A stretch of 64,000 nt of DNA from a bacterium (GCA_965213685.1 CBDBZY010000056.1:1-64000); one strand, 5' to 3'. Counted from the stretch's first letter, positions 1 through 16,784 are shown. The notes: a model not told the origin generated them from the sequence alone. A program made the numbers and translations.

Positions 1-3327
<3,327 letters not shown>

Positions 3328-3758
3328 TGATGAGAGAATTATTGTTGTTGTGATCTTGAACTATTGGAAAATGAAGGTTATTAGATACGTATGACCACAA
3401 ACATGGTGAATAGAGCAATTTAAACAAATACTCAACATTATGTTACATTCACTTCTTAAGTTTACTTTAACAGACCATGTATTAGTGCCATTGTGCAGGT
3501 GAAAAACACATACATAGTGACCATGATACACTATATTGTTACATACCACTTTGTGTGTCACAATCTCAACCAACCATGTCTGCCAATGCTAAACACTTAC
3601 TGTTAATATCCCAAACTAGCTAGAGTGAGACTGAATCTACCTGTGTAGTCCATATACATGTAGCACCTGCACTGTCTATATGTATATGAGGGGTAATAAA
3701 CTCGTGCACACTTTATCACATATTACATATTGGCACGGCTATGTTGCTCTTTTGATAG

Positions 3759-3834
3759 GTATCTCCTGATGAAGATCCAGTGATTGACAAGCACCCTGTC
3801 CATCAGAACATTGTAATTGCAGGGGGATTCTCAG
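3759..3834 (+). CDS. PIPOX: Penultimate exon of peroxisomal sarcosine/pipecolate oxidase
   Basis: AG at 3757-3758, GT at 3835. Translates VSPDEDPVIDKHPVHQNIVIAGGFS(G), which splices in frame to HGFK of the next exon, giving the GFSGHGFK motif of the sarcosine oxidase family. Confidence 0.9.
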
Positions 3835-3933
3835 GTACTATGTATTCCTTATATACTGCATTGTGTACTTGCAGAGTTGTACATTTGTGTATTGGGAAAC
3901 CCTCATACCACTTGCCAGTCAAAGCTACATATA

Positions 3934-4145
3934 AAGTATGAAAAACATTTTCCAAAAATGTAGAGGGATGTAGGGATGGCAGTGCCAAAAACCACACAAA
4001 CTAGATATGTGGATGGCACTGTGCAGGCAACACAGAGGACTACACAAGTAACCCCATCCCTACATCATTTTTCATTTTTGTTATCCGCCCACAGCTGTTT
4101 CCAGTACTCTGACAACAAATATTAGATACACGTTCTATTAAAAAA
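3934..4145. repeat. Fragment (one foldback arm plus spacer) of the TC...CTTG repeat family in the PIPOX intron
   Basis: AAGTATGAAAAACATTTTCC...TGTAGGGATGGCAGTGCCAAAAACCAC matches 6000-6240. Confidence 0.85.
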
Positions 4146-4455
4146 AATGGTGTACACCATAGAGACTGCTCAGAAGACAAAAAAAAAGCCCCTTAGCGTA
4201 GGTGGACAAGTATATGTTAATAATAAATGCTGCTCCCATGTAAATGCCAGGTATGGAGTGCTGCGAAGGAATTAACACCCTTGTGTCTGTTTGAGGAAGT
4301 ACAGTACCTTCCAAAATCTACTGCACAGAATTTGGAAGCCACTGACACTACACCACACTTGCAAAGTGGCTTATTGTTACAAATTACTTTTGATAATAAT
4401 ATGTTGAAAAATGTCAGTTATACATTGACACACACTTGTATATTTTGTCTTACAG

Positions 4456-4562
4456 GCCATGGTTTCAAGCTGAGTCCTGTTGTTGGAAAAGTTATAGCTG
4501 AGCTGGTGATGGAAGAGAATCCCTCTTATGATTTGTCTCCTTTTAGATTGGATAGGTTCTAA
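4456..4562 (+). CDS. PIPOX: Last exon of peroxisomal sarcosine/pipecolate oxidase
   Basis: Polypyrimidine tract and CAG acceptor ending at 4455; (G)[34 protein letters not shown]. Confidence 0.9.
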
Positions 4563-5999
4563 TTTTTTGTAACCATTGACTTTTGTTCATTACATGAGTA
4601 CTATTAGGGTGTGTATTGATAATCACAAGAGTTATGTACAAAATTGAGTTGTGGATTACATGAAACAGAGTGTGCAGGAAAAGCGTTAATAGAAAATGTA
4701 CTATAGAATGGAATGTATATCTATTACGTACTGTGCACAGTCCTGTATCCTGCCGGAAAGAAAGAACCTTGTTTTGTCTGCACTGTCCAGTCTCACAATT
4801 GGCAAACTGCACTGTACTAATTTGCATTGCAGGTACATGTACTCTAGCACAGTGTTATTTTACTCCTTTATCATTACATGTCTGCAAGAATTGACTTGCC
4901 TATAGTGTGTGTTACATTGGAAAGTCTTCAAAACTGTTGTGGCGGTCATTTGTATGCTTTCCTGAGCGCACTGAAGTTATCCCTGTTCTTGCACAAATCC
5001 CTTTCATTCCTGTGTACTCGGTGCCCTGTACTAACAGGGCGCTTGCATCTTTGCCAGCAGAAACCACAGAAGCCCCAGACACTCCCCCACACTTAGGAGC
5101 CAATAACATTCTAATAATAATTATTAAGCTTATTGTCATGTGAAAGAACTTACACAATGTAAGTAGGTTTCAGCTAAATTATTCCTTATTTCCCATAACT
5201 CCTCTAGTATTCTTGCACGAACACTGATTGTTCTTACATAACCAACGATTATTCTCAACAAAATTCTTAAAAGATGTAGGGATGTTATGAAAGATGTCTC
5301 GATCACAGGAGTACTTACCCACTGCTCGTCGCTGTCGAGGTGCTTGAAACACAAGTGCTCGGTCTTTCTGCTTCAACGCTCGAGTCACCCAACTTGGTTG
5401 GCCTCGCGAAACCACGCCCATTGATTTTGCGCTCGCTAGAAAGTTGATGAAGGCATAGATTGTATAGACTTCGTAACCGGTTACGAAGTCTATACAATCT
5501 ATGATAAAGGGTACAGATATCCAAGGAATATAGGGATGGCATTGCAAAAACACAGGGGTTAGGTGTATAGGGGTGGCACTGTGCAGGTGAGGCAGGGCAG
5601 ACAATGACTATACTTGAAGTAACCACATCCCTACATCTTTTTTTTTTTAAATACATGCATAGCATCCTCTCTCAGGCTATGCTATAACAAACATAAAAAG
5701 CAAATTTTTTGTCAGTTCGCAAAGACTAGGACGCAAAAATTGATCACGCAAGTACACGTGATTAGTTCAGGTTGTATCAGCTGTCTTGGGTCACAAGCTT
5801 CCTACACCGGTACACAACCTTCCTACAGTTGACGATGAATCAGCAAACCGCTACTGGCTGCCGGGTAAACTGCGCAAGCGCAACTACGCAATTACGAGTT
5901 CGATGTTCACGGAGTCCTGCCTTGTAGCCTCGCGGAACCACGCCTTCTCGCTCCGCGATGCTAGAATCCTGACTGCAACAGTTACCAGCATGGATAATA

Positions 6000-7370
6000 C
6001 AAGTATGAAAAACATTTTCCAAAAATGTATAGGGATGTAGGGATGGCAGTGCCAAAAACCACACAAACTAGATAAATGGATGGCAGTGTGCAGGCAACAC
6101 AGATGACTACATAAGTTAGTCTCGCGGGCCAGACCCTCTCGGCAACCCCATCCCTACATCATTTTTCATTTTTGTTATCTGCCCAAACCAGTTTCCAATA
6201 CTCTGACAACAAAGCTTAGATACACGTTCTATTTAAAAAAAATGATGTAGGGATGGGGTTACTTGTGTAGTCATCTGTGTTGCCTGCACACTGCCATCCA
6301 TATATCTAGTTTGTGTGGTTTTTGGCACTGCCATCCCTACATCTCTATACATTTTTGGAAAATGTTTTTCATACTTGTTTGTGTGCCTTTTTGTTGTACC
6401 ACACTACCATACAGGAGGTTGTCTCTCTCTAAGTTCAGCACCAACACCTTTAGTATGCATGTATGTTAGTGTGTTTGTGGAAAAGGGGTTGAGCCCCTCT
6501 GGCTCAAAACTTAGACGTTATAGCTACTTGGAAAGTACGACCCGGCGGATTATAGTATATACTGTTCACCGTTGGAACAGTTTGCTAAGATTCTGTTTCC
6601 TACTCGGAAGTGAAACTCAGTGATGCAATCTTGGGAGCGTACCGTTTGGTAGAACATCGCTGGAACAATGCTGCTTGGTGCTCAGAGGGGTTTGAGAACA
6701 CGAGCGTCCGCTCCAAGAAAGCTTTTGTAGGCCTATGTACACGCACAATTGTTTGTTCGACGCCATCCCTACACGAACAGTCCGAGTCTGAAACAAGAGT
6801 GAAGTAAGATACTGCTGAAACAGGCTGGGGAGAAATTACTAGGCCGTGGCTTCGAGGGATTGTGCGCGAGTGCGAGCGCGAGGCGGGCGGCCCTCACGTG
6901 CTTGCAATTTGTGTCACGTGACAATTATTAGAAGATGGCTCCCAAATATGGGCATGTTGTCCATGCTTCTAGTTTCTGCTTATTTGAGAAGATGCTAAGA
7001 TGCCGTTAAGGCAGATCATACGCCGTTGTGATTACAGTTGATCTGCAAAGAACTACGGTGATTACTTCTACTAGTTTCGAGAAAAGCCGTTTGAAAGAAA
7101 TCTCTTAAGAAGAAGAAGAAGAAGGAGAAGAAGAAGAAGAATTAGAAAGAAAAAGAAATCACCACTTCGCCCGTTTCCTGCCGGTAAGCCTAGGGATACA
7201 TTTACGCTACTTGGGGGGTATCATTGAGTAGAGAAACGTTCGAATAGGATAGCTAGGTGTCCAGAAAAGCTTAGAACACGAGCGTTCGCGAGTTAAGACG
7301 GCTTTCCAATGTACGCACACTATGGGCGGGCCGGAGCCATCCCTACATAGAGAGTCTACCGACTCTCTGA
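6000..7370 (-). mobile_element. Full-length non-autonomous TC...CTTG foldback element (Helitron-like termini)
   Basis: Minus strand reads A|TCAGAGAGTCGGTAGACTCTCTATGTAGGGATGG...CATACTTG|T. (GAA)n at ~7108-7140; inverted arms 6000-6165 and 6236-6377. Confidence 0.8.
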
Positions 7371-7449
7371 TGCGCGTTCGCGTGTATATTATCCATGCAT
7401 GGTCCCCACCCCATCACGTGCCTTGCATAAAGCAGTACGCATATGCAAA

Positions 7450-7522
7450 ATGGAGGATGTACCGAGTATTTGTTGGCATTCCCTCCTCGCTCTGTTGGTG
7501 GAGATGTTTGTGGAGGTGTAAT
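7450..7522 (+). pseudogene. Possible signal-peptide first exon (disrupted copy)
   Basis: MEDVPSICWHSLLALLVEMFVEV* followed by GTAAGT. The paralogue at 55357-55427 is open up to the donor. CACGTG lies upstream of both copies. Confidence 0.35.
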
Positions 7523-8158
7523 GTAAGTTACATGCACATCATTCTTTTGCCAATTACTCACTGTCCTTGACGTTTAATTATGTCGTTAGAGGCGTGTGTA
7601 ATATAATATGTTACATGTCATCTCGAAAGGGGTTAGCAGTGAGTACTAGATAAATAAAGGATGTGTAAACTAATACATGTATAGTCTGATGTAGCCACAC
7701 CATCTGAGCTGTGCTTCGAAGGTGTGGCTAAGTCAGACTGTACATGTACGGCGCATCACATATTCACCCAATACTCGGTGTTAATTAACTCTTTTGTAGT
7801 ACTTAAGACTATTTCCTGGTTTTCCTGCTGAGTTTTCTTTTGAATACCTCTACCACTGGCTACTGTCTGTAGCATCACTAAAAATATTCAATAACACCAA
7901 TGTGTACCTGAACCACATGTGTTGCTGACAGCAATGATTATTTTGTGTAGCCTTGTTATACTAAAAAATTTAGAAAATGTACCATACATGTTGATATGCA
8001 TGCAATCATGTACCCACTTAGCTTGGAGATTGGCGTCATCGGTGGTATAATTACCTCTGCCTTCTCCTACATGCTAAGTTAGAGTTTCCCCTGTTTATCA
8101 GGGGGTATAGAGATACTTGCCTTGCTTTGTATTGCCTAATTCAACCCACAACCACTGA

Positions 8159-8330
8159 GCTGCCTCAGTGGCTTAGTGGTAGAGCACTGGTCTAGAGAAA
8201 CAGTGATGTGGGTTCGAATCCCATCTGAGGCAGCTTGCTCTTTCTTTGAAAAGGAGAAAAGTGAGCTGCCGCAGGTGGTGGTGTTGTGTTGCCTTGCTTT
8301 GTTTATTGTGTCTCCATTATTTAATCATGC
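8159..8330 (+). mobile_element. tRNA-derived SINE
   Basis: A-box TGGCTTAGTGG (~8169), B-box GGTTCGAATCC (~8211), long closing stem GCTGCCTCAG/CTGAGGCAGC, poorly paired anticodon arm and a non-tRNA tail. Confidence 0.7.
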
Positions 8331-10293
8331 ACTCTATGCATACATGTAGTATGAGACAAGAAATACACACACAATGTACTTAGCTCTGAATGCATGAAGA
8401 ATGAATATTAAGCAGCTTTGGGACTGGCACAAGGGCCTGGTATTGAGGAGAGCCAGATAAAAAGAAGGCTACTGCATGGACATAGTATCAAACAAAATCA
8501 AAAGCTGGCTAGCATATTTGGTGAAGGATTGGATAGAAATCAAATCTTTCAGATAACAATATGTGCATTACACACAGATGATGTGCGTAGCTAGAGAAAG
8601 ATCTTGTGATGGAACACTTGTATTTTGGTTCTGTTGCCTTCCTTGTTTTGCCAAGGTAAACTATTGAGAACCCCAACCACCTCCATAATTGTGTGGACAA
8701 ATTCTTACATGAATCGTGCAAAAATTCAATGAAATATGTCCAGTATTGTTAGTGTTTTTACAAAGCTCTATGTGCTTGCGAGTTCTGTAGTGAAGCTACT
8801 ATTAAGATCACCTGATGAAAGCAACACTAATATGTGGAATGTAGCTTTCAAAACTGCACAAACATGTAATGTGATGATACATTACTTTGACAGCCTAAAA
8901 CAGATGCAAGGCTTCTAATTACTAATGCAGATTTAGACAAGTCTAAGGAGGACCAGAACAGACTGTAGCTGTGAGCATTCATGACAAACGTTTGTAGCTA
9001 TCTTTGATGGTGAGCGACACAGGTTGAAGAGATGTAACAATTGAGCAAGCCTCACATGCTAGTGTTTTTCTGCTGCATATGTACAAATGTTGGAAAGCAA
9101 GCATTTAGGCTCCCTGTGTTTCCAGTAAGTTGTAAACTTGAACTGTGTCAGTGCATGTCTTAGACTGGTTTAGCAGAGAGCTTCTTCAGCATGTAAAATA
9201 CAGACCACTGTTACTGTAATGTCACTATAGTGCGTAAGAAGTAAATGTATAGTGGAGAGGCTGTTAGCGATGTAAGGAAGTATCAATGAAAGGGGCAGTG
9301 AAGTATTAAATGTTTGCATACATGTTAAATAAATTATGAAGATGAACTGTAACACAAGAACTGACATTTCAATTTTAATCAGTTGGCAGAAATTCTCCAA
9401 ATAGAGCTTCATGGTGACTGACAGATCATACAGATGTGCATGCGTAGTCCATAATCGGTGCGCAGCATATAGTGTGTATGGACTAGCCTCATTCCCAGGC
9501 CTCCAAGAGTCTGGGGACAAGGCTTTTTTGGCTGAAAAAGTGTAGCAGCCATGGCCGCTATGACTACTACACTTCCTATACTGCTGAGTGGTATGCATAT
9601 ACATATCCAAGACTGCTGGGGTAGTTTGCATGTGTTTTGTCAGCCAGATCTGATTTTGTGTTGTATGTTAAATTTGTGATAGACAAACAAGTTGTGTTGT
9701 GAGATGTGAACATACATGTGGGTAAATGCAGCTTTGGGATGTATCTCCATTCCACCTGAACATTCTAGAACTATAGGTAAGCCATCTGTTAACTAAATAT
9801 CAGCATAATGCACCTACGCAAAGAAGAAACAAACACAGACTCTCTAGACCACATTCAATTGAAATGAAACGAACTAAGTGTGTGCATTGTGACCAGAACT
9901 GTGACTTCTCATGGTCCATGCAAGTTCACTGCAGTTGATACACAATGTCAGCACAAACCTTGTGCCATGCTGGGGCTATTGCTTACAGAGAGGCACCAGA
10001 GTGTTTGCTCCCCTGCTTCCCTGCTATAGGAAAATGTGTTCATTGGCCTTTGTGCTCCTTTGTATACACACAATGTAATAACTGGTGGTAAGGACGAAAG
10101 TACATATGTGGCTGTTATTGTAATATGAGCAGAACTGGTTATTTGATTCTTAGTGTTGCGTATGTTCATACAATAATATTACTTCGGTATTCAACAGAAA
10201 CGAAATGAACTTGGTGTCTGGAGTGGTAAACAACATCTCCATCTCACTCATTAGAAACTCCCATTCTGTATACAGAATACAAGGTAGTATATG

Positions 10294-11105
10294 CAGTGGA
10301 CCCCCTCTAAAGTGGACACCATTGGGTCCAAAAAATTTGTCCATTATAGCGAGGTTTTGTCTCAGGTGTAAATGTACATGTAATTGTAATGCAGCCCTGT
10401 TATGAGCTTATGAAAATGCAAATTCTGGCCCCTAAGCTACTTTGTGGCTCCTGTATTCTTGACAGGTCAATATAGGAGGGGTAAGATATAACCTCCAGGA
10501 AGTTCAGTCCTATGTGAGGGGTGTTCATGTTTACACCAGGGACCCATATATTGGTCTGATATTGGTGCTTGAGCCAGATCCTGAGGACAAGCTCACTGGT
10601 ACCATCATAAGAAGCAGTGTTGTTGACATCTCTGGTACCAGTAGTGTCAGCCTTTCTTAGAAGAGGTGTCAAGAAGGGACTGTTTGAAGTTATGGGTGCA
10701 AAAGTCAATTCACCTGGGCTGGAAGTACGTACCATGAACATTTCTGTGAGCTGAAGTCCTGTATAGACAAACTAAGCAGTGTTGTAGAGGGTTCTTTGCA
10801 GTGATTGATGTTTGTAAACAACTTGTAAAGATTTTTGTATGCATGTAGATTCATAAACATGGAGCTCCATGCAATGTCATGTTTAGTGGGTGTGGCTAAA
10901 CAGTCCATTGCATGGAGTTATTTGTTATTGCAAGTGTACAACTGGGGATGGATTACTGTCCGCTATACAGAGTAGCAGGGTGTTCGCTACCTAGGGGTTT
11001 GTAATGTATTGAAGTCTGTGGAGAAACAAATGGGGACTTTCAAAATTGTCCTTTATATTGTGTCTGTCCACCGTTGAGGGATGTCCATTAAGTGGGGTTC
11101 CACTG
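10294..11105 (+). mobile_element. pogo/Tigger-like non-autonomous DNA transposon carrying a decayed HIRAN-like coding segment
   Basis: TIRs CAGTGGACCCCCTCTAAAGTGGACAC / ATGTCCATTAAGTGGGGTTCCACTG; TA on the right, TG on the left. Internal 10466-10780 reads SYVRGVHVY..PYIGLILVLEPDPED then (frameshift) AFLRRGVKKGLFEVMGAKVNSPGLEV. Confidence 0.7.
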
Positions 11106-11592
11106 TAAACACCCCTAGGGAGGATTTAATGTGTCTGTAGACATCTGAGGGCACGTACTGCTGGAGGGTGATTGTCTCTAAACTGCCACATCCTATCTAT
11201 AAGTACCTTCTAGCCCAGTTGCGTAGGCTGAGGTGACTCTATTAGGTGTCAAGGCTGTGAATATAGTCATCCACCTGCTTAGCTTGTACCTCAGTGGCGG
11301 TGCTTTTGATCGCCCACACAACCAGGCCATAAAACATAAAATTTCATGTGTCTTCAAGTATACATTACATCACTTTGAGTTGTATGCTTAGTATGAAAAT
11401 GGGTGGCCTTTAAGGAGACTATGAAAGAAAAGAGAGGCAGTTAATAATCAGTTTCATTTATATATGTTGTGAAGTCTTGCCAAAATGTACATGTAGTGCT
11501 GCTCAGCCAAGTGGGGAAGAAGAAGCAAAGTGGACGTACTATCATTAGCACTTATATATAAATCATTTTTAGTGTCATGTGGCATATACATG

Positions 11593-11663
11593 TACATGTA
11601 CATGCATACTAGCAGGAGCCCATAAGCACCACAAAACTCCTTGGCGCCGCTTTGTGGGCCTTA
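11593..11663. repeat. Short palindromic element
   Basis: CAGGAGCCCATAAGCACCACAAA...TTTGTGGGCCTTATGGGCTCCTG. Confidence 0.7.
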
Positions 11664-12888
11664 TGGGCTCCTGATACTAGCTATGAACACATGAAATCTG
11701 GCCTCATGAAGCCATGCCTATTAGTTTCTGGTTAGCGCGAGTATTCACACAGGCTACTATAGTCACTGACGTTGCTTTTCTCTGTGCCTGAAAGACGTTT
11801 GTTTGAGCAGCAACTTACTTCACTGTACCATTGCTAGCCTGGGACTTTTCAGTGGAGCTCAGCCCCTTCCACCTTAAAAGTGGTGACTCCCTTCATAGAT
11901 AGTATAGTGTGCAGGTATATACTATCTATATTCCCTTGCTCTAACCTAAAGCAAAGGCTACTGTGGTAACTCATTTGCTTGCTAGCATTTGTAAGGAGTT
12001 TGCAAGAACAGCATCTTACTTTAGTGTACTATTGTAAAACAGAAAAGCACACAAATACATGTATGTACAAAAACATTATGGATGCAAGGATGGCATTGCT
12101 TAAAATGTGTTGTGATGGCTGTGTGCAGGCAAGATATGCATACTAAGACTACATAAGTAACCCCTGTATGTCTTTAACCTCTCATCTCATTGCATAGCCT
12201 GTCTCACCCGCACACTGTTATCTCAAAACCTACTTTCCACAGGGTTTTTTTTACACTACCATTCCTACATCCCTCTACATTTTTGGAAAATGTTTTATAC
12301 TTGTGTATATGTATGTATAGGTGAACGGAAATGTTCACTCGGAACCCACATACTGCAAGTGAAACCTCAATGTATGGTGTGCTGGCTCTAAGTGTTTGTG
12401 AGCGATGTGGACAATCTGTATACACTGGTGTATTGGTTGTGGGTGGTTCTTGACCTTGTTGGATCCAGGAAGGGCTGGTATGGTGTCTTGTGTGTGGTGT
12501 GAGGTGACTGAGATGAATGTATTTGGAAGTTAAATGTAGACACATTTCTTAGAAATTATGTATGCATTTGTCAGCTCTATGGTATCTGTGGGAGGGTTAT
12601 CAGGTAAAGATAGCAAAGTAAAACATGGTGGTGAATACTGAAGTCTCTGTTCCTCCTACTATTTCCCTTGGGTACCTATGTACACATTGCAGTGTGAATA
12701 ATGTACTGGTATGCTGGTTATGATTGAGACACATTGGCTTGGTAACTCAACACTACCCCAGCACTGCTGACTGTTATGTTTGAGATAATTATTGTGATAT
12801 GATCCTCTAAGTGCATAACCTATTATTATACCTTGGTGCATGGGCATCACCATGGCAACCCTTTGATGTGCCGCAGGGTATATGCGCC

Positions 12889-13060
12889 CATAACCTCCTG
12901 CTGCTATGGGCAATAGGGGATATACGGGATAACCTCCCGCTGCCATGGGCAATAGGGGATATACGGGATAACCTCCCGCTGCTATGGGCAATAGGGGATA
13001 TACGGGATAACCTCCCGCTGCTATGGGCAATAGGGGATATATGGGATAACCTCCCGCTGC
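12889..13060. repeat. 39-bp minisatellite, about 4.4 units
   Basis: Unit GATAACCTCCCGCTGCTATGGGCAATAGGGGATATACGG; explains the repetitive ORFs in several frames. Confidence 0.95.
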
Positions 13061-13539
13061 TCCAGAAGAGGAACGACAGTACAACAAGGGTGTTCCACAG
13101 CAAATGAAGACAGTGGTATACCGGGATATACACTCAATGCCGTGGTGTAAGATAGATACATGTATCTACTACACATACGGGGGTTATGGACGTATACTGC
13201 CCGTGGAAAATAGGTTGAGGGTGGAGCCTGAGACTAAATTCCAAGGGCGGTATACGTCCACAACCCCTGTACGCAAGGTAGATATCCTATACTTCATAAT
13301 TAAGCCTGGAGAAGGTGAAGTGTACAAATACATGCATTAATGAAGACACTTTTATGCTGTATCACATTTGGTACCTCCCACATTTAGTGAACAGTCATGT
13401 TGCTCATTCTTTCCTTTTCCTCTTTTCCTTCCCTTCACTTCATGTTTTAGATGCAATGGCCATTGTTGACTCAGCTATGTGTCCTTAGACATTAAATCCA
13501 CTATGTTTCCTTCCCGTTTTCTTGTCATAGTTTTTCTTC

Positions 13540-16500
13540 TCATACCACACCCTCTAGATCCATATCAGTGATGCACAGGTGTACATGTAGGTGGCGTGAC
13601 AGAGAGTTCATAACTCACTGTCATTCATGCATATCATAGTCAGGTAGTAATGATAACAAGAAATGTGTCTACAGTTGAGTTCAAAATGTTCACAATCTGA
13701 ATGACCTCATGCCACACACCATACCATGCCCTCTAGATCCATGTCAGTGATGCACAGGTGTACATGTAGGTGGCGTGACAGGGAGTTCAATATTCACTGT
13801 CATTCATGTAAGGTAGCATTACACTGACATGCTAACAAGAAATGTGTCTACAGTTGAGTTCACAATTGAATGACCTCATACCACACACCATACCACACCC
13901 TCTAGATCCACTCTCAAAGTAACAGAGAAGAGTCTACCCATCAAACATCAGAAACCACATGCACAATCTGCCAGAATGTAGCATATTATTGCTCTCATCT
14001 GGTATAACACCCATCTAGTAGATTGTCATGTGTGCTCTTGGTAAGAAAGGAGAGAGGAGGAAAGGGAGTGAGTGACTCATGTAGTGCCCCACCTTTGCCT
14101 GAAACTGTAGAGTTAAATGTTCCATTAATCGTTTGCCTAGAAAACGTCTAAGTGATAGAGCTAGATGGATGTTTATCTGCTTCATACACTCAAGTCTAAC
14201 AACATGTACCATCATTCACATCTACATAACTCATTGTGTCTTCAGAAACCGTTTTCAACTTGACAAGCACCCTTGTGAATACAGTTTTGTGTGTATGCAA
14301 CCTGGACAAGTTAGGCATATGTGTATGTATGTTTGGAGTATATGTGTGTTCCATAGTGGGTGGGCCCTGGTCCTATAGATGTCTGACCAGATTATAAAAG
14401 GGGTGTGTGTTGTGTGTGGGGTGACTCAGATGAATACTTGGGAGTTGTGGTATTCATCAGCTGTTGTGTCTACCATATCTGTGATGGTTGCATTGTACTT
14501 AAGTAAATATTTCTTTGCCTGTCCCTCCCCTCTTTTTTCAGTGTAACAGGCGCCTCATAATATCTACAGTATATGACCTGCTGAACTGTATAGAAAGGGG
14601 CTTGCTGGAAATAGGTTACACTGGAGATACATACATAGGTGTTGGAGTTTCATGATCTGTACATCAAAGACTATAAGATACTTTTGAGATAAAATGCATG
14701 CCTAAATGTAGCCTTGTATCCAGGCCCCTCCCACACTTTAAAGGTGCACTCTAACGGAAGTCATCAAAACTAATTTCTTTGAATTTCTACGCATTAATTT
14801 TTTTTCAGTATTAGAATAATTATGATTGGCTCAGGCAGGTGTTAGCAGTGTTAATTCTACATGCATTGGAAGGCTATCTAGCTTGTTCCATGTGAATGTT
14901 GTTGTTGCTTACCACACTTATCCCCATTATTATGTAACAGCTAGGATAGGCTTTGACTTGCATTTAATGCATCTATCAGGTATGGAAGTGACTACATGTA
15001 TATATAACGGACTGTGGATATAGTCACCTTAACACCTGATATTGCCACCTGCTTAGCTTGTGCCTAGCTCATTCAGCCTGGTGGTGCTTTTGATAGCGCA
15101 CACAACCCTGTTATAAAGGAATCAATTTATATTGTGCTGTACTGTACTGCATGCTGGTAAATAATCATATTTTCTAGGAAGCAGGGTTGAGTTTACCATT
15201 TCAATACACAAAGAAAAGTATCCACTTAATTCATGGGTGGTGATTTTGCATGTAGGGAAGCAGAGAGAATGACACATACGTATGGGAGTGTATAAACGCT
15301 GGACTGGACTGGACTGGACTGGACTGGAATACTGGACTAGTTAATATAAGCACACGCGTAATGAGAGAGTGGTCTGCGGAGAACACTGGAAGACTTGCCA
15401 TCATGTAATGCCCACTCTGATCATCCTCTGCAAGTTTATAGCCTCATTCTCTGTCCTTGTACTCGTTTCCTGACCAGTGCTCTCCATTCGCAGACTAATC
15501 TCTCTCATAGTGCATGCGCGTGCACCCTGTCTGGAAATGAGTGCAAGGACAGAGAAAGAGGCTACAAACTTGCAGAGGGAGATCATAGTGGGCATTATGC
15601 AATGGCAAGTCTTCCAGTGTTCTCTGCAGACCATTCTCTCAATATGCATGTGCTGAAATTAGCTAGTCCAGTATTCCAGTCCAGTCCAGTCCAGTCCAGC
15701 ATTTGTACACTCCTCATATGTATGTATGTAAGTACCCATTAGAAAAAGGGGGAGTGACAAATAGCTCTGTCATGTCAATATGTGTATCATCGCTGTAAGG
15801 TAGTCATCACACTGATAATTATGATAACAAGAAATGTGTCTACAGTTGAGTTCACAATCTGAATGACCTCATACCACACACCATACCACACCCTCTAGAT
15901 CCATATCAGTGATGCACAGGTGTACATGTAGGTGGCATGACAGAGAGTTCATAATTCACTGTCATTCATGCATATCATAGTCAGGTAGTAATGATAACAA
16001 GAAATGTGTCTACAGTTGAGTTCAAAATGTATTCATCTGAATGACCTCATACCACACACCATACCACACCCTCTAGATCCATGTCAGTGATGCACAGGTG
16101 TACATATAGGTGGCGTGACAGAGAGTTCAATATTCACTGTCATTCATGTATATCATAGTCAGGTAGTAATGATAACAAGAAATGTGTCTACAGTTGAGTT
16201 CACAATGTATTCATCTGAATGACCTCATGCCACACACCATACCACGCCTCTAGATCCACTCCCGAAGAAGAGTTCACCCATCAAACATTAGAGACCATGC
16301 ATATGCACAAATTTTTGTTCTCAGCTCAAGCTTGGGATATATATGTATAGGAGTGAAGACATTTCAAACACCTGAATAGTGCAATGTCATGTGTACTTTT
16401 GGTAAGAAGGGAGAGAGGAAGGGAGGGAGTGAGGGACTCATGTAGTGCTCCACCCTTTCCCGAAACTGTAGAGTGAAATAATCACTTATCTAGAAAACAC

Positions 16501-16760
16501 CTACTACATAGTGATAGAGCTGGATGAATGTTTGTCTCCTTCATACACCTCTTTCACCACTTCTCACTACAAGTATGTTTTTAAGCATACGTACATGCAT
16601 GTTTGGAGTATACATGTATGTGTCTTCCATAGTGGGTGGACCCTGGTCCCATAGATGTCTGACCAGACTAAAAAATGTGTGTGTGTTTTGTGTGAGGTGA
16701 CTCAGATGCATACTTGAGAGTTGTTGAGTGTATCATATCTGTGAGGATTGCGTTGTAGTT
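13540..16760. repeat. Local duplication (~13540-14500 and ~15820-16760), each copy starting with a ~180-bp tandem array
   Basis: Unit CCACACCCTCTAGATCCAT(A/G)TCAGTGATGCACAGGTGTACATGTAGGTGGCGTGACAG...GAAATGTGTCTACAGTTGAGTTC recurs 2-3 times per array. The downstream sequence is shared (14025-14500 vs 16385-16760). Confidence 0.85.
15284..15716. mobile_element. Foldback MITE with ~200-bp inverted arms and subterminal (CTGGA)n
   Basis: GGAGTGTATAAACGCTGGACTGGACTGG... is mirrored by ...CCAGTCCAGTCCAGCATTTGTACACTCC, and the internal arms pair almost to the centre. Confidence 0.85.
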
Positions 16761-16784
16761 AAGTGCTGGAATACTGGCTTGCCT

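Noticed and set aside
8159-8234. Functional tRNA gene (possible CTA suppressor)
   Set aside because: The anticodon arm pairs poorly, the acceptor stem is over-extended and a repeat-like tail follows; a SINE head is more likely.
8440-10290. Coding-like composition, possible decayed exons
   Set aside because: Stops in all frames and no family motif I could recognise.
12659-13133. Repetitive ORFs (AAGGYPVYPLLP etc.) and a CRISPR-like look
   Set aside because: Contiguous 39-bp tandem repeat with no unique spacers and no cas genes; open in several frames simply because the unit is a multiple of 3.
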